Below are positions 1 through 8,772 of a stretch of DNA of 64,000 nucleotides, piece by piece. Within the stretch, counting starts at the first letter, position 1. Each line of letters starts with the position of its first letter. The translations under genes and the position numbers were made by a program. The stretch lies in assembly GCA_963736855.1 (NCBI GenBank), contig CAVTQK010000008.1, positions 1 to 64,000 on the forward strand. Direction: 5' to 3'. The notes beneath the pieces were generated by a model. The model had not been told where the DNA came from, did no database searches, and worked only from the letters and a program-made list of their open reading frames with translations. The DNA is from an uncultured delta proteobacterium (GTDB taxonomy: Bacteria > Desulfobacterota > Desulfobacteria > Desulfobacterales > UBA2156).

Positions 1-650
1 TCCCAAGCCGCACACGAGTCGGCCGCATCCGGGCATCAAATTTACCCCTACCTGCTCAGAGACCTGACCATCAATCATGCCGATCAGGTGTGGGCGGCCG
101 ATATAACCTATGTTCCCATGGCCCGCGGATTTATGTATCTGGTGGCCGTCATGGACTGGCACAGCCGGAAAATCCTGTCTTGGCGTCTTTCCAATACGCT
201 GGAGTCGGATTTCTGTATTCATGCCCTACAGGAAGCCCTCAACCGCTATGGCAAACCTGAGATCTTCAACACCGATCAAGGTTCCCAGTTTACCAGCATC
301 GGCTTCACTCAAGTTCTCAAGGATCACGGCATCGGAATCAGCATGGACGGCCGTGGACGATGCCAGGATAACATCTTCATCGAGCGGTTGTGGTGGACTA
401 TCAAACATCACTACCTGTACCTGCATTCCTTCGACAGCGGTTCCGAGCTGCGGCAGGGATTAACCGAATGGATACGCTTTTACAACCAGGAGCGCGGACA
501 CTCTTCTCTTGACGACCGCACCCCGGATGAGGTTTATTATGGCCTGCCTCATCCGTTCGCAGAGGCTGCCTGATGCTTTTTAAAAAACCAGCAACCGGTT
601 CAGAGCTTATCCCTCCCATCAGGCTGTTCAAACAATGGGGTCCACCGCGA
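1..650 (+). mobile_element. IS3-family insertion sequence, 3' part (OrfB integrase core ending at 573, right end at about 650)
   Basis: WAADITY...DQGSQF...GRCQDNIFIERLW DDE/rve core. Downstream ctgttcaaacaatggggtccacc resembles an IS3 terminal repeat. Truncated by the window start. Confidence 0.9.
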
Positions 651-1013
651 AGTCCCATATTAGGGAAATGCACAAACTCACTAATTTCTCATTTAGGATT
701 TGTTCAATTAGTTGATCTTGTTCTAGGATTGGATACTGACCGTAAAACTTTTTCGCGTTTAGTTTGGAACGTAGGATATACAAATGAAGGGACCTTGATC
801 AGGAATTATCTGATTGATTTAGCTTTGCAAAACTATGACGATGCGATGACAAGAGCTATGTGGGAAGTAATTGACGAAATATCCCAACAAACCACCGCAA
901 AAATTAATGAAGATAAAATTAACATCTTTTCTTCTGATGAAAAAGAAGGGGCACTGTTGCCGCCTTTTTTGATCGTGTTGAAGAGGGCTTTTTTGCAAAC
1001 ATGGCAGAAATAA
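651..1013 (+). pseudogene. 3' remnant of an AT-rich hypothetical gene truncated by the IS3 element
   Basis: Open frame continues from the IS end to a stop at 1013; no native start; function unrecognised. Confidence 0.4.
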
Positions 1014-1285
1014 TACGAAAAAGAGAAAAAGATTACTGACACCATAATTACCTCGTGCTTTGCCGACGATGATGAACACGGCGCGGAGCGCGGGGGGCGG
1101 GGGGGTCAGACCAAGCGAAATGCACACCAGTCAATGGATTAGTCCAAAAAGAGGGCCGTTTTTTGGCCTTAAAGCGATGTTTTTGGGGCTGAAAAAGGGC
1201 TTTTAAGAAATCAGACGATCGGGATGGGCTGCATTGATTTTCGACGAATAAACTAAAAGCATTCATCAGTAACCGGATCAATGTC

Positions 1286-2369
1286 ATGCCTGTCCGCAAC
1301 TTACACCAAAAGCCTTTTGACGGGGCAACACGGGACAAGCTGGAACTTTACCGGGAGTACCTGCGTGAGTGGCTACCGGTGTTTATCAATGGATCATCGG
1401 TTGATATCATTACAAATTTTTGATTTTTTTGCCGGGCCTGGGTTCGATGTGAACGGCAATCCGGGAAGCCCTGCCATTACATGCGATGAAATCCGTAATG
1501 CAATGAGTCCAAGCTGGAAATCGGCGCTCAAAAATTATCAAAGCATATTTTAACGAAAAGAACGGGAAAATTTAAAAACCTGTCATCATATATTGAGGAT
1601 CAGAGGGCTTCTTTGCAGCAGGTTATTTTCGCCACGGAAAAAAAAGATTTTCAATCTGCGTTTATGAAATGGGAACCTTCCATGCATGGGAGGGTGGCGA
1701 ATCTATTATTTCTTGATCAAAATGGCGTGAAGCAAATCACAAAATCTGTTTTTCAGACAATTGTACAGCTTCCTAAAACTGATTTTATTTTCTTCATTTC
1801 TTCTTCAATGGTCAATCGTTTCAGACCAGTACCGGAAATTCGTGATTGTGTTCCATTAACGGACGAGGATTTTTCTCGGATGAACGGGACCAATGTGCAT
1901 CGGATCGTGGCAGAATCTTACAGGCGATGGATTCCTGATGGGCTTGAGTATTATCTTGGATCATTTTCGATTCGAAAGGGTGCAAATGTATACGGCCTTG
2001 TCTTTGGCTCCGGACATCCACTTGGAATTGACAAGTTTTTAAAAGTAGCCTGGAAACATGGCGGCGATGCCAACTTTGACATCGATCAGGATGGAATCGA
2101 TCCTTTACCGCCATCATTATTCCCTGATTTACGATAAACCGACCAAAATTTCGGTTTTTGAAAAGGACCTTGAAGCAGCGGTGCTCGGACGCAAGTTAAC
2201 AACAAATAAAGATGTTTATATTTTTGCCCTGCAAAATGGCATGCTTGCAGACCATGCAAGGAAGGCTCTGAAGTTGATGATCAAAGATAAAAAGTTGCCT
2301 GAACAAGTTTTACACGTTTCCTATGACGCATGGAGAAAGCCGGAAACGGAAAGGATTCGTTATTTATAG
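1286..2369 (+). pseudogene. Three-Cys-motif partner (TcmP-like) SAM-methyltransferase-fold protein, frameshifted
   Basis: MPVRNLHQKPFD..TRDKLELYREYLREWLPVF, then DFFAGPG and LLFLDQNG motifs, spread over several frames; may be intact if the indels are sequencing errors. Confidence 0.65.
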
Positions 2370-2381
2370 AGGAGGTCTTTC

Positions 2382-3121
2382 ATGAATGTTGTTTATGAAC
2401 CCAGAGGGAGGGCGCGGGAGTATTCGGAGCTTGCGTGCAATCTTTATCGAGGGTGCACGCATGGCTGCCGTTATTGTTATGCACCTGCTTGCATGCGGAC
2501 AACCGGGGAAAAATGGCATGCAAAGGCTGAACCCCGAAAGGATATTTTAAGACTCCTCGACAAAGACGCACAGCGTTTGAAAGGGCGATACCCGCTCCAT
2601 CCTGTTTTGTTTCCTAAGCGATCCTTACCAGCCGCTTGAACGAACCGAACGATTGACACGGCAGGCTCTTGAAATCGTCTTAAAATACCGGCTGAACAAT
2701 CAGGTGCTGACCAAAGGATGCCCTGATCTGATCCTGGAAGACCTAAATCTGATGAAGGCTGCCCGCACGCAACTGGGCATTACGCTGTGTTTTGCGGATG
2801 ATGATACACGCAAGTATTGGGAACCGAACGCTTCGACTGTAGACGACCGGCTGACCATTTTACAAACCGCTCATAAAGCAGGTATTTTTACCTGGGTCAG
2901 CCTTGAACCGGTTATCGACCCTGACCAGGCGCTTGAGGTAATTCGCATGGCACATCCCGTATGTCAATTTCTGGAAAGTGGGCAAGCTGAACCACATGAA
3001 AGAATATGAACAGACCGTGGACTGGGCCAAATTTCTTTTCGATGCGGAAATCCTTTTAAAGAAACTGGGTGCTAAATACTATATCAAGAACGACTTGCGG
3101 TCATTTTTAATAAGACATTGA
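2382..3121 (+). pseudogene. Radical SAM protein (SPL/DUF5131-like), two +1 frameshifts
   Basis: CTHGCRYC (CxxxCxxC); SDPYQP in a shifted frame; WVSLEPVID; RBS ggagg upstream. Confidence 0.75.
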
Positions 3122-3137
3122 TTTGAAATTTGAAAAT

Positions 3138-3665
3138 ATGTTTGGACAAAAAAAGATTTTAATTATTGCCGGACCGAATGGGGCCGGGAAAACGACATTT
3201 GCAACCGAGTTTCTCCCCAGGGAAGCGGAGTGCCCCAACTTCATCAACGCGGATCTTATTGCCGAAGGCATCAATCCCTTTCGACCGGAAGCAAGTTCGA
3301 TTCAAGCTTCCAAGGTGATGATTGAAATAATGAAAACCTATGTTAAAAGGGGCCAGAGTTTTTCCTTTGAGACGACCTTGAGCGGGAAAAACTATGCAAA
3401 GCTTATTCCGGAATGGCAGAAAAAGGGATATAAGATAAAGTTGTTTTATCTGAAACTTCCAGATTCCGAATTTGCCATTGCTCGTGTAAACCAGCGTGTT
3501 AAGGAGGGCGGGCATCGTGTACCCGAGGATGTAATTCAGCGTCGCTTTAAAACCGGCTGGAATAATTTTGAAATATTATACAAAAATCTTGTAGATGAAT
3601 GGGCGCTTTATGACAATGCCGGCGAGCAACCCATCCTTATAAATGAAGGAGGTAAAAATGCCTAA
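3138..3665 (+). CDS. Zeta-toxin-like P-loop ATPase/kinase
   Basis: IIAGPNGAGKTT Walker A; FINADLIA; FETTLSG; GGHRVP. Confidence 0.85.
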   Translation: MFGQKKILIIAGPNGAGKTTFATEFLPREAECPNFINADLIAEGINPFRPEASSIQASKVMIEIMKTYVKRGQSFSFETTLSGKNYAKLIPEWQKKGYKIKLFYLKLPDSEFAIARVNQRVKEGGHRVPEDVIQRRFKTGWNNFEILYKNLVDEWALYDNAGEQPILINEGGKNA

Positions 3666-3840
3666 ACATCAAGAAGTACCTGAACCCAAAAGACTGAATG
3701 ACCCGGATATGCGCGGAGCTGAAAAAGCCATTCATCGTGCCGCCTTAAAAGCCCGTGAACGGGCGCTGCGCTTCGGCCATGGCATTATTATTTATGAAAA
3801 CGGGAAGATTATAGAGAAACACCCGGATAAAACCGCCTGA
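3658..3840 (+). CDS. Small hypothetical protein, possible partner/antitoxin of the zeta-like ATPase
   Basis: RBS ggagg, overlaps the upstream stop; typical pairing (inference). Confidence 0.55.
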   Translation: MPKHQEVPEPKRLNDPDMRGAEKAIHRAALKARERALRFGHGIIIYENGKIIEKHPDKTA

Positions 3841-3860
3841 AACAGAAGGCCGAAACCTAT

Positions 3861-4421
3861 ATGGCCACCGATCCTATCCTTCAGATTGTTGAGCGTAACA
3901 GTAAATCTTACCCGAATTTGCTGGTCAAACGCCTGGGGCAAGATATGCCTGTAAAACTTTGGGCAATCGGCCGCCTGGATCTGATCGATATTCCCAAAAC
4001 CGCGCTTTTCTGCTCTAACCGCTGCCCCGGCGATGCCATTCTTAAAGCCATGGATCAGGCCCAGAAGTGGCGGGACCAGGGCCGCTGCATTATCAGCGGG
4101 TTTCATTCGCCTATCGAAAAAGAGTGCCTAAAGATTTTGCTTCGTGGCCGGCAGCCTATCATTATCTGCCCAGCCCGCAGCATTGAAACGATGCGCATCC
4201 CCAAATACTGGAAGCCGGCAATCGAAGAAAGACGTCTTCTCGTGCTTTCTCCGTTCCCGGCGGTAGAGCGACGCATGACCGCAGCTTTGGCCGATCAGCG
4301 CAACCAAATGGTGGCTGCCCTGGCCGATGAAGTCTACATCGCCCACGCAGCCTCCGAGGGTCGAATCAGTAAACTGATAAGTCAAATTGAAGGATGGGCA
4401 ATTCCTGTCGTTGAAAATTGA
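3861..4421 (+). CDS. DprA/Smf (SLOG) family protein, short form
   Basis: IISGFHSPIEKECL; RNQMVAALAD motifs. Confidence 0.75.
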   Translation: MATDPILQIVERNSKSYPNLLVKRLGQDMPVKLWAIGRLDLIDIPKTALFCSNRCPGDAILKAMDQAQKWRDQGRCIISGFHSPIEKECLKILLRGRQPIIICPARSIETMRIPKYWKPAIEERRLLVLSPFPAVERRMTAALADQRNQMVAALADEVYIAHAASEGRISKLISQIEGWAIPVVEN

Positions 4422-4599
4422 GATTGAAAGAGGAGCATCGAATGCCCATTTATGAGAAGGCTGTAATTTATACAATCCTGAGAGCTTATCGACCGGCTTT
4501 TTCCACTGAAATATCTTCCAGATATCATACACAGCATGCACGGCATGCATATATGCCGTAAAAAAACAGAAAGCTTCAGCTTTATAAGTCGTTTCAATC

Positions 4600-4900
4600 G
4601 GTTAGATGTTGATTGGGACGTTTCCCAGCCTTCCATCGAGGATTACGTCGCCGACCCGATTTATCCCATGGATGCTTTCTTTTAGAAGCCGGTCGGCGCT
4701 GACCCGTTGAGCTATGCCCGAATCGGCCGAGATAATGGCCTTTTGTCGATAAAAATCCGTTTGACAGCGAACCCGCCTTTCGTTAATCAAAAATACATCC
4801 GCCACGACAACTGTATGTTCCCCTATCTTGGAATAAAGACAATGGCAAAACACAATTCATCCTCACGCTTGATCCGCACGCAAAAAAGCGACTTCTTATT
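4600..4900 (+). mobile_element. IS91-family relic (transposase C-terminus and element end)
   Basis: Encodes PSIEDYVADPIYPMDAFF*, similar to NYITDPVYPMDVFF* of the IS91 relic at 42 kb; downstream DNA is also similar. Confidence 0.55.
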
Positions 4901-4936
4901 AAACAAACAAAATCAAACAAACAAAAGGATTGGGCT

Positions 4937-5206
4937 ATGGGCATGTGGCTTTACGATGATGCCGGAGAGATGGAGGAGTTCCAAAGCTATCAAAAGGAAG
5001 TCCGCCGTATCGAGAAGGAATACTTGGAAATCCGGGCGCTGCTGCGGGATGCCGAAGAAACTTTAAGAGCGGATCCCGACAGCGAGTACCTGGTGGCCAA
5101 GGTGAAGTATCTTCGCAAGCGACAGAACGATCTGGAAGGCCAGGCACCTCGGCTGGCTGCTGACCTCCCGCTGGAAATCTCTCTGTGGGCGCCGCCGCAT
5201 GGCTGA
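4937..5206 (+). CDS. Small coiled-coil hypothetical protein, first gene of the Ubl-like operon
   Basis: 89 aa, helical charge pattern, upstream aaagga, same strand 63 bp before the E1. Confidence 0.65.
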   Translation: MGMWLYDDAGEMEEFQSYQKEVRRIEKEYLEIRALLRDAEETLRADPDSEYLVAKVKYLRKRQNDLEGQAPRLAADLPLEISLWAPPHG

Positions 5207-5269
5207 TACTTGTGAGGCAGGATCTTCGCCGGGGGCTAACAAGAGGCTTTACCTGCCAAGGACCGGGAC

Positions 5270-6547
5270 GTGATCGACCGGAGCAGGCTCGACCGGCAGT
5301 TGCGCATCGAGGGATGGAATCAGTCCGCGCTGGAGAATGCGAAGATCGGAGTGGTGGGGGATCGGGACCTGGCAGCCTCGCTTTTCCTGCTATCGGCCTC
5401 AGCCCTGGGAATCAACCACTTGGTTGTGGTAGCCCCGATCCTGGAGCCCCTGCTGGTGTCGATTGCGAAGAAAGTGAACCCGCACTTCCACCTGACCCAC
5501 GTGGAAGGCTACTACACCCATCCGATTTGGGATGATTTGTTCATCGGATGCGACCTGTTGGTGGATTTGAGCCATTACGGGCTGGCCAACAAACTGCTCC
5601 TCGAGAAAGGGTTCCGCGAGAGGGTGCCCGTCGTTCGGGGGTTCTGCTACGAGCGCGATGACGTTCAGGGTTTGGACGTGTTCACTTACCTGCGAGGCCG
5701 GGAATGGCAGGAACTGGATAGGTTGGTCTGCCCGAACAACTTGCCCGCGATTCATTTCGATGATGGGGTGCTGGATACGATAATTGCCGGCGTGGCCTTG
5801 GAGGAAGTGAAAACCATCCTCATGTTCCAGCGGGCTTCAGATGCGTTGATTTCTTACGAGAGGAACAAGGGGAGCGGCGATAATCGATCCCGGATTCTGG
5901 TGGTCGGCTCCGGGGCATTGGGCAATTTCGCGGGGCTCGGGCTCGCCTATTGCGGATTCCGGGACTGCACTTTCATGGATCCCGATCGGGTCGAGGTGAC
6001 CAACCTGAACCGGCAGATCCTTTTGTATGAAGCAGTCGGTCGAAGCAAGGCCGAAACTCTGTCGACCAGACTGAACCGGCATTTTGGAATGAACAGCAGC
6101 GCCCGGGTGGCTTATTTGGGCAGGGACACGGACCTTTCCCCCTATGATGTGGTGTTTGACTGTGTCGATAACTTTGAAACCCGGATCATACTGAGCGAGA
6201 TGTGCAGAGACTGCGGAAAGGTGCTGATCAGCGGCGGAACCAGTGTCGATGCCGGCCAGGTTGTGGTCTACAACCCGCTGACGAGCGGGGCTACGCCGGC
6301 GGAATTTCTGGGATTGTACGAGATTGTCGATGCCCGGGCCAGGGAAGCTCCGCTCCGCGAACGGGCCTCCTGCCGCTACCAACCTGATCCGTCGGTGATC
6401 ATGACCAATCAGATTACCGCCGGCTTCATGGTCGACTCTTATCGGATGCTGCTGGCCGATCGGGAGATGGGCAACCTGTTCTATGACTCGACCGGCGGCG
6501 ATCGAATTCTGGCCGAAACACGTCCTCCCCTCCCGGAGGGGTCGTAG
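5270..6547 (+). CDS. E1-like activating enzyme with tandem ThiF domains (inactive N-terminal plus active C-terminal)
   Basis: N-half LDRQLRIEGWNQSAL..IGVVGDRDLA (degenerate Gly loop). C-half VVGSGALG, DPDRVEVTNLNRQ, K, DCVDN and candidate catalytic Cys368 (RASCRY). Confidence 0.85.
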   Translation: MIDRSRLDRQLRIEGWNQSALENAKIGVVGDRDLAASLFLLSASALGINHLVVVAPILEPLLVSIAKKVNPHFHLTHVEGYYTHPIWDDLFIGCDLLVDLSHYGLANKLLLEKGFRERVPVVRGFCYERDDVQGLDVFTYLRGREWQELDRLVCPNNLPAIHFDDGVLDTIIAGVALEEVKTILMFQRASDALISYERNKGSGDNRSRILVVGSGALGNFAGLGLAYCGFRDCTFMDPDRVEVTNLNRQILLYEAVGRSKAETLSTRLNRHFGMNSSARVAYLGRDTDLSPYDVVFDCVDNFETRIILSEMCRDCGKVLISGGTSVDAGQVVVYNPLTSGATPAEFLGLYEIVDARAREAPLRERASCRYQPDPSVIMTNQITAGFMVDSYRMLLADREMGNLFYDSTGGDRILAETRPPLPEGS

Positions 6548-6598
6548 GTTTGGCGAGCCCGTTGAACCCGCGGACTTGTTTGCAAGGAGGAATAAAAG

Positions 6599-6979
6599 AT
6601 GACCGATACCGGGCTGAAGAAGGCTCTAGAAACGGAAGAATTGCAGCAACTGTTGCCCCTGGTGGTCGAGATCATGCCGGGGCAGGCGTCCGAAGGCTTG
6701 ATCGACGTTTACGAGCCCGGCAGTTACGAAGGCCGGACCCTGCGCAAGCTGTGTGACAAGACCTTGAACAAGAAGAAATGGACCATCGAGGAACAGCTCA
6801 TCATCGAGGACATCGCCAGGCAGCTCGAGGGCGGCAAGTTGTTGTGCCGGGGGCAGGAAATCGAAGGTGTTGCCGTAGACTATGCGGCGCCGGAGCAGAC
6901 CGAAGCCGGTGAGAAGTACCTGTATGTGCCCGTTCGCGCCATCAAGCCCCAGGAAGGTGGACGCTCCGGCAGTCGATAG
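6599..6979 (+). CDS. Candidate ubiquitin-like (beta-grasp) protein precursor, C-terminus QEGG-RSGSR
   Basis: 126 aa, strong RBS aggagg; hydrophobic last strand (YLYVPVRAI) followed by GG at residues 120-121; lies between E1 and E2-like genes. Confidence 0.6.
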   Translation: MTDTGLKKALETEELQQLLPLVVEIMPGQASEGLIDVYEPGSYEGRTLRKLCDKTLNKKKWTIEEQLIIEDIARQLEGGKLLCRGQEIEGVAVDYAAPEQTEAGEKYLYVPVRAIKPQEGGRSGSR

Positions 6980-6994
6980 AAGGAACGAACGATC

Positions 6995-8110
6995 GTGATC
7001 CAGCTGTTGGACTCGGGGCTCGAGTTGTGGATGAAATCGGGGTTCGTCTACGTGCCGCTGCTGCTCGATGCCGATATTGCGAGAGAAATCCAAGACCGGT
7101 TCGCCCGGGAAAGACCTTCGCAACCGGCGACCCCGGAGCAGCCCAAGAGTCTGGTCGAATTTGGCGGGAGACCGTTCATCAGCTCGATCCATATTCAATC
7201 CGTTGCCGCCAACTTCCAGGATATCGACCGCGATTACTACGAAAGTCTGGTCAAGGACCATGTCCTGAGTTATCCACCTCCCCCGGACTTCACGGCGATA
7301 TCGGCTGCCGGAAAGCTCCGGACCATCGTCCTGAGAATAATGCCCTACTTCATTCGGAAGAGCAGGGGACTCGAGCGAAGACCACTCGACGACGATGAGC
7401 TGCTGGATTTCATCGCCGGGAAGATCGATATCCCTCGGCGTTTCATGGAACAGGCCGAGCGCTTTGTCGATCCCGGCCCCTTGCGGCAGCGTCTGACCGA
7501 ACTGGATCGGGTGGCAGTGGCTCCGGAGCCTCCCGGAGACGGCCCGACCAGCGGAGAGGTACTCCGCCGCTGGCTCGACCGGGCACTGCGAGCTCAGATC
7601 GCGAGCCGCGAACGAACTGGCCTGGAACAAGAACTCCGAGTACGGGAAAGAATCGGCCCGTCGCAAAGAAACCACGTCGCGGTGCTGCTGTATCTGGCCG
7701 AGGAAGGGTCTTTCGAGCTGGACGGATTTGGCTTCTCGAGGATCGGTACCCGGGACGACTACCTGATCTACAAACGCACCGGGGAATATGTTCTCAAAGA
7801 CTACTACGGACGGAGCTACCGCTTTCCCGATTGTCGGGTGGCTGTTTCCACAACGGCATCCCTGAGGCCCATTGTGATCGAGTCTTACAAACATCCCTTT
7901 CTGCTCGGTCATGCGCCCCGACAGGAAATCTGTATCAGTGGATACCACTGGCCGGACCGGTTCACCGCCGACAACATCATCAGGCTTCTGGAAGAAGGGA
8001 TCAACACCTTGCTCTACGGATACGATCCAAGGCGTCGCAACGGATATCACAGCCTGGACCGAACTCTCTACTATGTCAAGACCATTGAGTTCGATGATTA
8101 CCGGGTTTGA
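6995..8110 (+). CDS. Protein with a C-terminal E2/UBC-like domain
   Basis: YRFP..V.V..HPFL..EIC..W..NIIRLLEEGINTLL pattern matches the UBC HPN..IC..W..I..LL signature; Cys313. Confidence 0.6.
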   Translation: MIQLLDSGLELWMKSGFVYVPLLLDADIAREIQDRFARERPSQPATPEQPKSLVEFGGRPFISSIHIQSVAANFQDIDRDYYESLVKDHVLSYPPPPDFTAISAAGKLRTIVLRIMPYFIRKSRGLERRPLDDDELLDFIAGKIDIPRRFMEQAERFVDPGPLRQRLTELDRVAVAPEPPGDGPTSGEVLRRWLDRALRAQIASRERTGLEQELRVRERIGPSQRNHVAVLLYLAEEGSFELDGFGFSRIGTRDDYLIYKRTGEYVLKDYYGRSYRFPDCRVAVSTTASLRPIVIESYKHPFLLGHAPRQEICISGYHWPDRFTADNIIRLLEEGINTLLYGYDPRRRNGYHSLDRTLYYVKTIEFDDYRV

Positions 8111-8181
8111 GAAGTCCCGTATGGCAGCCCGACTGCGTCGGTAAGGGGAACAGGGACAGAGGGGAGCAGCGAACCGTCAGC

Positions 8182-8772
8182 ATGGACATCCGGCAGGATA
8201 TAAGACTGGATCGAGCTCGCCAGAAAAGGAAGCGGCCTTGCCAGAGTTCGGCATTTCACACGGTCGGCTGTATCGTTAAGGGGTACAGGCTCGGTGAGGA
8301 CTTCCTGAAGCGGCTCGACGCCCCCGAGGGCGGCCATCTCGGGCAGAAGACCGAGTTCACGGAAGTCAAGTCCAAGACAGCGTTCGAGGTTCCTCCGTTC
8401 TGTCTGGTCTCGCAGGAGCAATACGGGTTGGTGATGGCCATTGTCGCCAAACTGGACAATCCTTACCTGGCGTTTGCCCGCTCGCCGGAAGAGATGCTCC
8501 GGTCCGCACCTCTCTACGCTGCCAATCCCTCGCTCGAACCGCGGGATTTGCTGCATTTCGACTTTGAAACACTGCTGCGGCTCGAGCGGGCTCAAGAGGA
8601 ACTCGTCGAGCTGCTAACGCGATACCCGAACGCCGGCGGAACGATCAGCAAAGGCCGGAGAGAAGTGGATGGCCAAGGGGAGCCGCCCCGGCTGCAGAAT
8701 TTGCAGGACCGGATCGAACAACTTCGAGCGTTTGTTGCAAGAGCTGAAAGGACGGAGCGACAGTCGGGATGA
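8182..8772 (+). CDS. Hypothetical protein with a C-terminal coiled coil (Ubl-like operon; alternative TTG start at 8107)
   Basis: Fills the gap between the E2-like and ATPase genes; its stop overlaps the next ATG. Confidence 0.65.
   Translation: MDIRQDIRLDRARQKRKRPCQSSAFHTVGCIVKGYRLGEDFLKRLDAPEGGHLGQKTEFTEVKSKTAFEVPPFCLVSQEQYGLVMAIVAKLDNPYLAFARSPEEMLRSAPLYAANPSLEPRDLLHFDFETLLRLERAQEELVELLTRYPNAGGTISKGRREVDGQGEPPRLQNLQDRIEQLRAFVARAERTERQSG

Noticed and set aside
1075..1112. G-rich tract (gcgcggggggcgggggggtc), possibly a phage cos-like or G4 element
   Set aside because: No phage genes adjacent; cannot be supported.
4937..5206. Pup/UBact-like modifier
   Set aside because: No C-terminal GGE/GGQ and no PafA/Dop ligase.
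5270..6979. Thiamine/molybdopterin sulfur-carrier (ThiF-ThiS, MoeB-MoaD) interpretation
   Set aside because: No cofactor or cysteine biosynthesis genes are nearby. The tandem E1, E2-like gene and unfoldase fit protein conjugation better, though this is not formally excluded.
6626..8050. 474-aa minus-strand ORF
   Set aside because: Antisense shadow of GC-rich plus-strand operon genes, with no motifs. The same applies to other long antisense ORFs (e.g. 28078-28977, 61936-62889).
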